This document shows positions 1 to 11,839 of a stretch of DNA of 64,000 nt, piece after piece. Each line of letters starts with the position of its first letter. The stretch's first letter is position 1. The notes below the pieces were generated by a model. That model had not been told where the DNA came from and made no database searches. It saw only the letters and a program-made list of their open reading frames with translations. The position numbers were made by a program, and so were the translations under genes. Where the stretch lies: assembly GCF_030144855.1 (NCBI RefSeq), contig NC_082720.1:66030001-66094000 (forward strand), in the 5' to 3' direction. This DNA comes from Hypanus sabinus (Eukaryota).

Positions 1-545
1 TCTCACCTACCAATGGAAACAACTTTCCTACTTCTATCTTATCTATCCCTCTCAATGTTTTATATGTTTCTATAAGATCCCCTCTCAATCTTCAGAATTC
101 CAGAAAGTATATTCCCAGGTGACTCAATCTCTCACCTCATAGGTTTAACTCCTTCATCTCTGGAATCAACCTGGTGAACCTCCTCTGCACTGCCTCCAAA
201 GCCAGTACATCCTTCCTCAAGTATGGAGACAAGAACTGCACACAGTATTCCAGGTGCGGCCTCACCAGTACCCTGTATAGTTGCAGCATGACTTCCCTGC
301 TCTTGAATTCAATCCCTCTAGCAATGAAGGCCAACATTCTGTTTGCCTCCTTAATAACCCGTTGTACCTGCAAACCAATCTTTTGCGATTCATGCACAAG
401 CACTCCCAGGTCCCCCTGCACAACAGTGTGCTGCAATCTTTCACCATTTAAATAATAATCTGCTCTTCTATTATTCCTTCCAAAGTGGATGATCTCACAT
501 TTACGAGTGTTGTATTCCATCTGCCTAACCTTGGCCCACTCACTT
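1..545 (-). mobile_element. CR1-clade LINE, 3' part of ORF2 (fragment running off the window edge)
   Basis: ORF 137..583(-) gives KCEIIHFG...DLGVLVH...GIEFKSREVMLQLYRVLVRPHLEYCVQ...VQRRFTRLIP, the typical CR1 ORF2 C-terminal region. Degraded homology continues to base 1. Confidence 0.9.
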
Positions 546-2350
546 CTTTTGTGACATTGAGGGAGAGGTTGTTTTCTTGACACTACTGGGTCAGGGTGAT
601 GATTTCTTCTCTGTACACTGCCTCATTATTATTTGAGATTAGTCCAATCAGAGAGATTGGAGAGATTGGGCTTGTACACGCTGGAACTGAGGAGATTGAG
701 AGGGGATCTGATTGAAACATTTAAGATGATTAAAGGATTTGATAGGATTGAGGCAGGAAATATGTTCCAGATGTTGGGAGAGTCTAGTACCAGAGGGCAT
801 GGATTGAGAATAAGAGGTCAGTTATTTAAAGCAGAGTTGAGGAAGAGCTTCTTCTCCCAGAGAGTTGTGGAGGTGTGGAATGCACTGCCTCGGAAGATGG
901 TGGAGGCCAATTCTCTGGATGCTTTCAAGAAGGAGCTAGATAGATATCTGATGGATAGGGGAATCAAGGGATATGGGGACAAGGCAGGGACTGGGTATTG
1001 ATAGTGAATGATCAGCCATGATCTCAGAATGGCGGTGCAGACTCGAGGGGCCAAATGGTCTACTTCTGCACCTATTATCTATTGTCTATTGTCTAATCAG
1101 TGTAGTGTCATCAGCAAACTTAATTAGCAGATTGGAGCTGTGGATGGTGACACATTCTTGGGTATACAGAGAGAAGAGGGGGCTTAGTTCACAGTCCTGG
1201 GGGGCACCTGTTTTGAGGGTCAGAGAGGCAGAGGTGAAGGAGCCCACTCTTACAGACTGCCGGCGATCTGACAGGATGTCCAGGATCCAGCTACACAAGG
1301 CAGGGTGAAGGCCGAGGTCTCTGAGCTTCTTTTCGAGCCTGGAGGGAATTATGGTGTTGAATGCTGAACTGTAGTCCAAGAACAGCATTTTCACATAAGC
1401 ATCCCTCTTCTCCAGATATGTCAGGACTGTGCAGAATTGTAGCTATTGCTTCATCTGTTGATGAGTTGTTTTGGTAGATGAATTGTTGGGGTCCAGTGTG
1501 GGTGGCAGCATGCTACAGGTTTTGTCCTTGACCAGCCTCTCAAAGCATTTGCTTATTATTGAGGTGAGTGAGACAGGACGCCAGACATTCAGACATGTTA
1601 CCTTCATCTTTTTAGGTACAGGGACAATGGTGGATGTTTTGAAGCAGGAGGACACAGTACACTGGGAGAGGGAGAAATTAAAAATGTCCGTAAATACACC
1701 TGCCAGTTGTGCTGTGCACACTTTGAGTACTCACTCTGGGATGCCGTCTGGTCCTGTGGCCTTGCAACTGTCCACTTGTTAGAAATACCTGTGTATTCCG
1801 GCCTCAGAGATGACGAAGCTGCCGGTTGCGTCATCTGCAGGTCTGCTCAGGGGCTCAGTACTGGCGACATCGAATCGAGTGTAAGAAAAGATTTTGCTCC
1901 TCTGGGAGGGAGGCAGCAATGTTGGAAACTACTCTGCATTTAGCTTTGAAGTTTGTGACAGACCTTGCCATTAGCTGCGTGTGTCATTGGTAGAAAGTTA
2001 AGTCTGAATCTTATCTCTGTATTGCCATTTTGCTGCAATGATAACTTTGCACAGATTGTAGCTGCATTTCGAACTCCTGTTGATTACTGTCTCTGTGTTG
2101 CGCAGTAAGTGCACCTCGCACAGAACTGCTGATCCAGGGTTCTGATTTGGATATAGCCTGACTGATTTCTGGGAGACAACATATTCGATGCAATTCCAGA
2201 TGAAACTTGTTAACTGTTCCGTAATCTCGGAGACATCCTTATCATGGAAGACATTCTAGTCGAGGTCATCAAAGCAGTCCTGTAGCATAGAGACCGATTG
2301 GTCAGACCAACAGTGGATGATTTGAACTATGGCCACCTCTTGTTTCTGCT
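546..2350 (-). mobile_element. Rex1/Babar-type LINE RT relic, interrupted by a CR1 3' fragment
   Basis: Frameshifted pieces MLFLDYSSAFNTIIP...TGAPQ..LSP..SLYT..C...KFADDTTLI (1086..1394) and [29 protein letters not shown] (1443..1721). The reading continues left of 646 across the insert. Boundaries approximate. Confidence 0.85.
652..1094 (+). mobile_element. 5'-truncated CR1 LINE 3' end
   Basis: ERLERLGLYTLE.RRLRGDLIETFK...RGHGLRIRG...FFSQRVVEVWNALP, then a 3' UTR ending in a (TATTGTC)n-like tail. Flanked by AATCAG at 646-651 and 1095-1100. Confidence 0.9.
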
Positions 2351-4641
2351 TCTGCCTGTACTTAGGCAACAGAAAAATGGAGGAGTGATTTGATTTCCCA
2401 ACTGGAAAACGGAGGAGCGCTCAGTAATCTTTGCAGAAGGGAGAGCAGCAGAAGAGTCAGTCTATCATATCTGATGTGACTATCAGCTACTTGAACAAGA
2501 AATGCGAAGGAAATCACAGAAATTAAGAGTATACTGTAAAGTTAGAAAAGAGATTGCAACATGGTCACCGTACATCTGCGGATGTTCTCTTGTTTGTGCT
2601 CAAAATAAGAACTTACTTGGGTGTTTTCAGGTCTTGTATATAAATACGTGTACAATGGGTGGAAATCTCCACTGACAATGTAGTTTTGAATATTCTGACA
2701 TCTGTGGACAACATGAAGGTTTCCTAGGACAAAATGCCAGGCAATCAAAATATAGTTCTTTAGTCACTGTGTTGAAGGACAGCTCTCTCTGCATACAATA
2801 GTGTGTATTCAACTGACAAGTCTTGTACTAATGGACAGTTGGTTCTTGACTCTACTAACCGGCTGCCAACCCCAGCCCACAGTAGATTCAGTAGCATTGC
2901 AGCAGAGCAGCAGTTAGCGTGATAACTTACAGCTCGGAGCATCGGAATCTTGAGTTCAATTCCGGTGTGAACGTCAAGGAAATTCTACATCCTAATCAAC
3001 ACGTAAGCCTCTTCCCATTGCTCTGGTTTCCTCCCATATTCCAAAGATGGACCAGTTAGTCAGTTAATTGGACAATGTAAGTTATGATTGATTTACTAGC
3101 TAGGATTTAATAGCTGAGGCTGCTGGACAGTGTAGATCATTGGGCTCCAACAGCCTGTTCTGTGCTGTAGCTCTAAGTAATCGACCCATAACTTCTGAAA
3201 GATGTCACATGACTAACGGTCCCCATCTCTGAGGCTTGATCCAAGAATCCATGTGTAGTCCGGATGTGGAGTGCGGAGACAGGGGTGGCTCAGTCCTTGA
3301 AGTAGGTGGACTACAACAGTAGTACACCATGAACAGACATGGACAGGCCACTTTATTAGGTACAGGAGATTCCAAACAAAGTGGCCACTGAGCCACAGGG
3401 AATGTGTGAGCTCTGTAGTGAATAAAATCTCCTCATTTTTTCCCATGGAATAAGGCATGAGGACAAGGAAATGCAGGAAAATGATTGGGCAAGTCGCATA
3501 AATAGTCCACATTACAGTGGAAGAGATGCTGAGCATCTTTAAAAATATGAAGGTGAGTAAGTTTCCAGGGCCTGATCTAATGTATCCAAAGGCACTGAGG
3601 GAATTTGTAGAAGAAATTGCGAGAGCAGTTTCTCTGTGTGGGAGATTATGTCTCACATAGCTAATTGAGCTTTGAAGAACTAATCAAGAAAGGTGAATGA
3701 GGGAGGGTATTGATATGGTCTATACAAACTGCATGAAAGCCATGGTTGTCTGTGGTACTCCACTTGGTACTGACCGCAAATTAGTAAATGCTTAGCTTCT
3801 ACAATCCTCTGCCCTCCAATCACCCTGACAATTATTTTTTGAACCTTCTCAAACATCTTGAATCCCTTCTGAACCAATCTATGATGTGGGGCATTGTAAA
3901 TACCTCAACAAAATCCATGTGCATCTCATCTTTCATTACTGCAATGATCAGTTTTTTCAGCCATCTCATTTTAATTAGCTTATTTCATTGCTTGTTATGA
4001 AGTATCATTCTTGTTTAAAGCTCCTAATGAATCAGAAAGATTCATATGAACTTCAGGAGCTGTAATTAGATCATTGGCTTTGTGAGGGGGCACTGAAGAG
4101 CATAGAACTCCAAGGTTTGTAGAACATATGAATTGGGTTATTGTTGTTTAACTAAAGTCATTAATTGTTTGGAGTTCCTTGTGCTTTTCTCCTGTGACTG
4201 AGTCTTTGTAATGTGGTCTCCTAGTGCTTTCTGTTTAAACATGTAAAGTTTATTTTGATAGGCTCAGGGATTCCATGTGATTTGTATTATTTAAGTCGAT
4301 GCCTGGTTAGTGCTAATGGCTATGTTGAGTTTTGAGAATGTTACTTCTTGCAGTGTTGCTTGGCCGAGCCACCAATACACTTTTGATTATTATGAATAAG
4401 CTCTCAGCGCCATCTCTGCACCAGAAAATGCCTTCCCTCTGCACTTGGGTTCCAATATTGCCAGCACACATCGTGACAGTGGCTGAAAGGATATTTCAGA
4501 AATCCCAAACAATTCTAATCAGAAATTAAGAACAGAATCAGAACTCACAACTTACTGTAAATGAATTCTCCAAAATGCTCTTCATGATACAGATCACATT
4601 GAGAAGTTGTTGTCTGATTATTTTCACCATTCCATTTGCAG

Positions 4642-4986
4642 GAAGCGTGAATTCTATTTACTTTCTCCATCAGGAAGGAATCTTTGTATTGAAAGGGCCA
4701 GACAATCCTGGAAGAGACTCCATTGATTTGGAGTGGAGTCCACACACAGGGCAACAAACCACAAAGCGATTGGCCACTTTTCACAGAGAAGGTCAGCGGT
4801 GGACCGTACAATGGAGTGACGAGTACAGTAAAATACCAGACATTTCCCAGAGGTTACATGTGGACTGGGGTACCCTTAATCTGAAAATCAGGAAACCCAC
4901 CTTTGAACTTGCAGGCCAGTTCACCTGGACTCAGACACAGTCCGGTGGGAAAATCCTGAGACAGTGGGAAGTATTTGGGATCAAAG
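4642..4986 (+). CDS. IgSF receptor exon: D1, V-like Ig domain with no cysteines
   Basis: Acceptor ttccatttgcag|GA at 4641/4642 and donor AAAG|gtagg at 4986/4987, phase 1-1, 345 nt. Reads (G)SVNSIYFLHQEGIFVLKGPDNPGRDSIDLEWSPH...LNLKIRKPTFELAGQFTWTQ...WEVFGIK. The C-strand Trp, E-strand LxI and an F-strand xAGxF pattern are present. Confidence 0.8.
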
Positions 4987-5817
4987 GTAGGTTGGTTAAT
5001 GAGTAGAATGTGTTCAAGAAAATGATTTTCCTGTGACTATTTCTTCAAGTTCCTAACATAATGTTTAGATTGTGTCCATGTAGTTCCTATAAATGAATGC
5101 CTGCAAGAAAACAAATCTCAAGTTAGCAGTGGTGACCTATACGTTCTTTGATAGTAAATTTACTTTGAACTTTGATCCTCTAAGCCCTGAATCCAGCATA
5201 AAATGAAATATTCATTGAAATCGGCCTGGTGGGTAACAATATTTGAGTGTTTACTTGGTCAGTTTTGTATAAATATTGCTGCAGAGATGGGGTGATGGGA
5301 TTGATATTGTGATGAGAGCAGAGGAAAATGGCTCTGCTCTCTTGAATATCTAAACCACAGCTCATCTGTGGCAAAGTCATAGATTTTGAAATTGGAATGT
5401 TAGCAGTGGTTCTCATGTTCAGCAATATTCCTCATTGGAGTTGATGGAAAGTTTCTCACACAGCCACAGCTTTATGTGGAAGTCTGATGTTGCTGTCAGT
5501 AATTCCCAGCTCTGGCAACGGGTGATCTGTTCACAGTCTTCTCCAGTGGAATAATTGGATATTAATGAATTGATCAAAATATGAAGTATCTATAAACTAC
5601 TCTAGGATTTAAGACAGATTTTTTTCTATATGTTGAGATGTAGATAATTAAACTCCATTACACTAAATTGACTTTAATTCACTGGAACATAATAAACTGA
5701 GTACAGCTGGCCAATATTTGGCTAACAATATGTTTGCAGGGAAATTAAAATTCTGCCTGGAGCAGTTCAGAGAGCCTGTGGGGAACTGAACCAAACATCA
5801 TGTGTCTGTTTCAACAG

Positions 5818-6087
5818 TTGAGGCCGACTTACAGAGACCTGTAATCGGCAGTGATGTCACCCCCAGCTGTACCATCTCCAGACTCCCAGATACTGTCAGT
5901 CTCCACTGGAAACCGGTGGGCTCATCCCAGCAGAACAGGAGAAACACTGATCAGATCCGGCTGAATAACACCATCTATCTGATGGTCCGACACATTGGAA
6001 CAGGAGATCCCAGTCTGTACACATGGGAAGTGCAGGAAAATGACTCCATTGTTCTCACTGGAGACAATGAAGTTGGAGTGGATGAGG
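5818..6087 (+). CDS. IgSF receptor exon: D2, C2-type Ig domain
   Basis: Acceptor gtttcaacag|TT and donor GAGG|gtgagt, phase 1-1, 270 nt. Reads VEADLQRPVIGSDVTPSCTISRLPDTVSLHWKP...NNTIYLMVRHIGTGDPSLYTWEVQENDSIVLTGDNEVGVDE. Confidence 0.85.
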
Positions 6088-6224
6088 GTGAGTCCAAAGC
6101 TTCCTAGGACCAGGAATGAAATAGTTTCTGATTATAAACTGTTCCACATTTTGTACACACTAACCGTGGGATTTTGCTGCAGGGCATGGTCATTGCTTTT
6201 ACCCTGGGTCAGAGAGTAAGTATA

Positions 6225-6690
6225 CACCCAGTGACCACTTTATTAGGCACCTGTACCCCTGCTTGTTATTGTAAATATCTGATCAGTGAATCATGTGGCA
6301 GCAACTCAATACACAAAAGCATGCAGACATGGTCAACAGGTTCAGCTGTTGTTCAGACCAAAGATCAGAATGGGGAGGAAATGTAATCTAAGTGACTTTG
6401 ACCATGGGATGATAGTTGGTGCCAATAGGGTGGTTTGCAATTCTCAAAAACTGCCATTCCCATGGGATTTTCACATACAGCTGCTGTGCAGGAAAAAATG
6501 CCTTGTTAATGAGGGAGATCAGAGGAGAATTGCCAGACTGGTTCAAACTGACGGGAAGGCACCATAACTCAGATAACCATGTGTTACAATAGTGGTGTGT
6601 AGAAGAGCATCATTGAGCACATTGAAACTTGAAGGGCTACAGAAGCAAAAGACCATAAACATACACTCTGTGACCTCTTGATTAGCTAAT
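6225..6690 (+). mobile_element. Internally deleted Tc1/mariner transposon relic (related copies near 3350, 33390, 34300-34530, 35370-35800 and 63990)
   Basis: TA followed by the terminal sequence CACCCAGTGACCACTTTATTAGG. Encodes a degraded transposase N-terminus MGRKCNLSDFDHGMIVGA...KCLVNEGDQRRIARLVQTDGKA. The TIR motif (GGCCACTTTATTAGGTAC / CTAATAAAGTGGCCACTGAG) recurs elsewhere in the window. Confidence 0.75.
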
Positions 6691-7339
6691 AGACAATTTA
6701 ATAAAATGGCCTTTGAGTGTGAAGTGCTGACACTGAGTTTGATGGAGCCTCACATCAATCATTTCAATTCACCTTCAGGAATCAAAGCGAATAAAGTCCA
6801 TCCATGGATGTAAACAAATAGTCTTTCAGTCTGTAATGAAGCAGGGAAATAGGGAACTACAAACAAATTAAAAGTACAAATACAGAGGCAGTAGAGTAGC
6901 GTAATGGTTAGCACAATGCTTTACAATACCAGTAATCCTGTTTCATTTCACACCTCTGCCTGTAAGGCATCTGTACGTTCTCCACATGACCATAGGACCA
7001 TAGAACATAAAACCATAGAACATTACAGCACAGAAACAGGCCTTTTGGCCCTTCACGGCTGTGCCAAACCATTTTTCTGTCTCGATCCACTGACCTGTAC
7101 CTGGCCCATATCCCTCCATACACCTCTCATCCATGTACCTGTCCAAGTTTTTCTTAAATGTTAAAAGTGAGCCCACATTTACAACTTCATCTGGCAGCTT
7201 CAACCACTCTCTGTGAAGAAGCCCCCCTTACTGTTCCCTTTAAACTTTTCCCCTTTCACCCTTAACCCATGTACACTGGACATTTCAACTCTTATACTCA
7301 ATACTTTGATTTATAAAGGCCAATGTACCAAAAGCTCTC

Positions 7340-8265
7340 TTTAGTCAAGTCAAGTCAACTTTTATTGTCACTTCAACCATAACTGCTGGTACAGTGCATA
7401 GTAAAAATGAGTCAATGTTTTTCAGGACCATGGTGTTACATGACACAGTACAAAAACTAGACTGAACTACATAATAATAAAAAAAAACACGGAGAAAGCT
7501 ACACTAGATTACAGACCTACACTGGACTGCATAAAGTGCACAAAAACAGTACCGGCATTACAATAAATAATAAACAAGATAATAGGGCAGTAAGCTGTCA
7601 GTCCAGGCTCTGGGTATTGAGGAGTCTGCTAGCTTGGGGGAAGAAACTGTTACATAGTCTGGTTGTGAGAGCCCGAATGCTTCAGTGTCTTTTCCCAGAT
7701 GGCAGGAGGGAGAATAGTTTGTATCAGGGGTGTGTGGGGTCCTTCATAATGTTGTTTGCTTTGCGAATGCAGTGTGTAGTGTAAATGTCTGTAATGGCTG
7801 GAAGAGAGACCCCGATAATCTTCTCAGCTGACCTCACTATCCGCTGTAGGGTCTTGCCATCTGAGATGGTGCAATTTCTGAACCAGGCAGTGATGCAGTT
7901 GCTCAGGATGCTCTCAAATCAGCCCCTGTAGAATGTGATGAGGATGGGGGGTGGGAGATGGACTTTCCTCAGCCTTTGCAAAAAGTAGAGATGTTGCTGG
8001 GTGTTCATTGCTATGGAGCTGGTGTTGAGGGACCAGGTGAGATTCTCCGTCAGGTGAACACCAAGAAATTTGGTGCTGTTCACGATCTCTACCAAGGAGT
8101 TGTCGATGTTCAGGGGGAGAGGCTGCTCTGTGTCCTCCTGAAGTCAACAACCATCTCTTTTGTTTTGTTCACATTAAGAGACAGGTTGTTGGCTCTGCAT
8201 CAGTCCGTTAGCCGCTGTACCTCCTCTCTGTAAGCTGACTCGTCGTTCTTGCTACTCTATCTAAC
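7340..8265 (-). mobile_element. Rex1/Babar LINE 3' portion
   Basis: The (AAGTC)n tail is at 7345-7358 on the + strand. The minus strand carries DIHCPPELTADR..LL...HQISWCSPD-like RT C-terminal remnants. Boundaries approximate. Confidence 0.65.
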
Positions 8266-8269
8266 TATG

Positions 8270-11010
8270 ATGCCACTTTTAGGGAATTTTGTATCTGTAT
8301 TCCTCGATCACCCTGTTCTACTGCACTCCTCAGTGTCCTACCATTTACCTTGTATGTTCTACCTTGGTTTTTCAGTCAAAGTGCAATATCTCACACTTGT
8401 CTGTTTTAAACTCCATCTGCCATTTTTTAGCCCATTTTTCCAGCTGGTCCAGATCCCTCTGCAAGCTTTGAAAACCTTCCTCACTGTTCACTACACCTCC
8501 AGTCTTTGTATCATCAGAAAATTTGCTGATCCATTTTAACATATTATCATCCAGCTCATTGATATAGATGACAAATAACAATGGACTCAGCACTGATCCC
8601 TTTGGCACACCATTAGTCTCATGCCTCCACTCAGAGTAGCAATCTTCCGCTACCACACTCTAACTTCTCCCATTGAGCCAATGTTTAATCCAATTTACTA
8701 CCTCTCCATGTATACCTAGTGACTGAATCTTCCTAACTAACCTCCCATGCGGGACCTTGTCAAAGGCCTTACTGATGTCCATGTAGAGAACATTCACTGC
8801 CTTCCTTTCATCCACTTTCCTTGTAACCTCCTTGAAAAAGTCTAATACATTTGTTAAACATGACCTACTATGCACAAAGCCATGTTAACTCTCCCTAATA
8901 AGTCCCTGTCTATCTAAATACTTGTAGATCCTAGCTCTTAGTACTCCTTGCAATAATTTACCTACTACCAACGTCAAACTTACCAGCCTATAATTTCCCC
9001 GATTACTTTTAGAGCCTTGTTTAAACAACGGAACAACACGAGCTATCCTCCAATCCTCCGGTACCTCACCTGTAGATACCGACTTTTTAAATATATCTGC
9101 CAGGGCCCCTGCAATCTCAACATTAGTCTCCTTCAAGGTCCAAGGTAATACCCTGTCAGGTCCTGGGGATTTATCTACTCTGATTTGCCTCCTCCTCTTC
9201 AAACTGTATAGGTTCCATGATGTCACTACTTGTTTGCCTTATTTCCATTGACTCCATGCCAGTTTCCTTAGTAAATACAGATGCAAAAACTCATTTTAAG
9301 ATCTCCCCCATTTCTTAGTTCCATACATAGCTGACCACTCTGATCTTCAAGAGGACCAATTTTATCCCTACTTACTTTTGCTCTTAATATATCTGTAGAA
9401 GTTCTTCGGATTATCCTTCACCTTGACTGACAAAGTTACCTCATGTCTTCTTTTAACCATCCTGATTTCTTTCTTAAGTATCTTTGTGCACTTTTTATAC
9501 TCAAGTACCTTATTTGCTCACCGTTTCCTATACATGTCATATATCTCTCTCTTCTTTTTCAGAGTTTCAATATCCCTAGAGAACCAAAGTTCTTCATTCT
9601 TATTTACTTTGCCTTTAATCCTGACCGGAACATACAAACTCTTCACTCTCAAAATTTCTCCTCTGAAGGCCTCCCACTTACCAACGACATCCTTGCCAGA
9701 GAACAACCTGTCCTAATCCATGCTTTTCTGATCCTTTCTCATTTCTTCAAATTTGGCCTTTTTCCAGTTTAGAACCCGAGGACCAGATCTGTCTTTATCC
9801 ATGATCAAGTTGAAACTAATGGTGTTAATTTCACTGGAACCAAAGTGTTCCCCTACACACACTTCCATCACCTGTTCTAACTTGTTTTCCGATAGGAGAT
9901 CTAATATTGCATCCTCTCTGGTCGGTGCCTCTATATATTGATTTTAAAAACTTTCCTGGACACATTTTAGAAACTCTAACCCATCTACACCTTTAACAGT
10001 ATGGGAGTCCCAATCAATATGTGGAAAACTAAAATCCCCTACTATCACAACTTTGTTTCCTGCAGTTGTTTACTATCTCTTTGCAGATTTGCTCCTCCAA
10101 TTCTCACTGACTATTGGGTGGTCTATAATACAACCCCATTAATGTGGTCATACCTTTCCTGTTTCTCAGCTCCATACGGCCTCAGTAGACAAGCCCTCTA
10201 ATCTGTCCTGCCTGAACACTGCTGTAACATTTTCCCTGACTATAATGCTACCCCCCACCCCACCCTTCATCCCTCTGCCTCTATCATGTCTGAAACATTG
10301 GAACCCTGGTACATTAAGCTGCCAGTCCTGTCCCTCCTACAGCCAAGATTCACTAATGGCTACAATGTCATAATTCATGTCAATCCATGCCCTCAGCTCA
10401 TCAGCCTTTCCCCCAATACTCCTTGCATTGAAATAGACACACCTCAGAAGATTATTACCTCCACACACAATCCTTCTATTTGTGACTTTGCATGAAACTT
10501 TAACATAATTTATTTTCACCCCTGCTCCACTATCTACTCTGGCACTCAGGTTCCCATCCCCCTGCAAATCTAGTTTAACCCCCCACCCCACCTCAATAGC
10601 ACCAACAAACCTCCCTGAAAGTATATTGGTCTCTCTGTTGTTCAGGTTTAACCCATCTCTCTTGTACAGGCCCCATCTGCCCCAGAAGAGGTCCCAATGA
10701 TCCTGAAATCTGAAAGCCTGCCCCCTACACCAGTTCCTCAGCCACGTGTTCATCCTCCAGAGCATCCTATTCTTACCCTCACTGGCGCAGGGCACAGGTA
10801 GCAATTCTGAGATTACCGCCTTTGAGGTCTTGCTTTTTAACTTCCTACCAAGCCCTCTATACTCACTCTTCAGGACCTCCTCACTCTCTTTTCCTACGTC
10901 ATTGGTACCGATGTGTACCATGACATCTGGCTGCTCGCTTTCCTATTACAGAATACTGTGCACACGATCAGAGACATCCCTGACCCTGGCACCCAGGAGG
11001 CAACAAACCA
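8270..11010 (-). mobile_element. Degraded CR1 LINE: ORF1 esterase part plus ORF2 endonuclease/RT with deletions
   Basis: VHIGTNDVG...DGL.LN (SGNH esterase of ORF1), LRCVYFNARSI (APE start), DKSPGPD, HSRSCLTN...KAFDKVPHGRL, GVPKGSVLSPLLF and KFSDDTK. Confidence 0.9.
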
Positions 11011-11500
11011 TCCGGGTTTCCTTCGAGTGCTCCAGTTTCCTGCCACAGTCCAAAGAAGTACTGGTTGGTAAGTTAATCGGTCATTATAAATTGTCTCATC
11101 ATTAAGTTACTCTATGCTCTAGCTCAATAAATAAATATACAAAAAATAAATAAATAACACAATTAAGCTATTGGCTATGACATTCTCCCGAGGTCTCTGG
11201 TGGCATGAGTCACTTATGGAAGTATTCAATATGTTTTTCCATTTAAAGAGAGTTCTAATTTCTCAGTAACCTTGAGACTTTCTCAGGTCATTTATTATCT
11301 CCAGTTCAACAGTATCTCTTTGCTGACTCTGTGCTTGGGGAACATAGGCATCTCAGTTGGCACCTGGTGCATTCCAGCTACCTATCAAATTCCCCGTCTC
11401 AGCCATCCTAGGAGCAGGCATTTATTCCAGTGAAAACCTGAAACATCAATCTCAGCATTTGTGATAACCTAATTTTTTGATCCCTGTCCCTCTCTTGCAG

Positions 11501-11839
11501 ATTTACACAATAAGATGTACACAGTTTATCGGTCAGACATAGATCACAGTGAACTCAGGCTGATTTGTGAAACTGCTTCTGAGCTCACTAAGGCCAAATG
11601 GACTTGGAAGTCACATTTCCAGAATCAGGTGATGGAAATAGCTACTACTTACAGATCTCAGCCTATCAATGTCAGTGGGAGGAGCTACTTCGAGAACCGA
11701 CTGAGAACTGCAGAGGAAAATCTGAATGTCAAGAATTTCATTGTGAGGATTGTTCCTGTGCAATTTGAAGATGCCGGAGTTTACACATGTTCTCTGGGAT
11801 CATATCAATATGTCATTATTGATTTAATCACAGTTAAAG
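11501..11839 (+). CDS. IgSF receptor exon: D3, V-type Ig domain with canonical disulfide
   Basis: Strong acceptor ctgtccctctcttgcag|AT and donor AAAG|gtagg, phase 1-1, 339 nt. Reads DLHNKMYTVY...ELRLIC...KWTW...FIVRIVPVQFEDAGVYTCSLG...DLITVK, with B-strand Cys, C-strand Trp and DxGxYxC. Confidence 0.92.

Noticed and set aside
4332-4529. ORF MRMLLLAVLLGRA... as the missing signal-peptide exon
   Set aside because: It starts at TTG and has no convincing phase-1 donor linking it to the D1 acceptor; the hydrophobicity reflects T-rich sequence.
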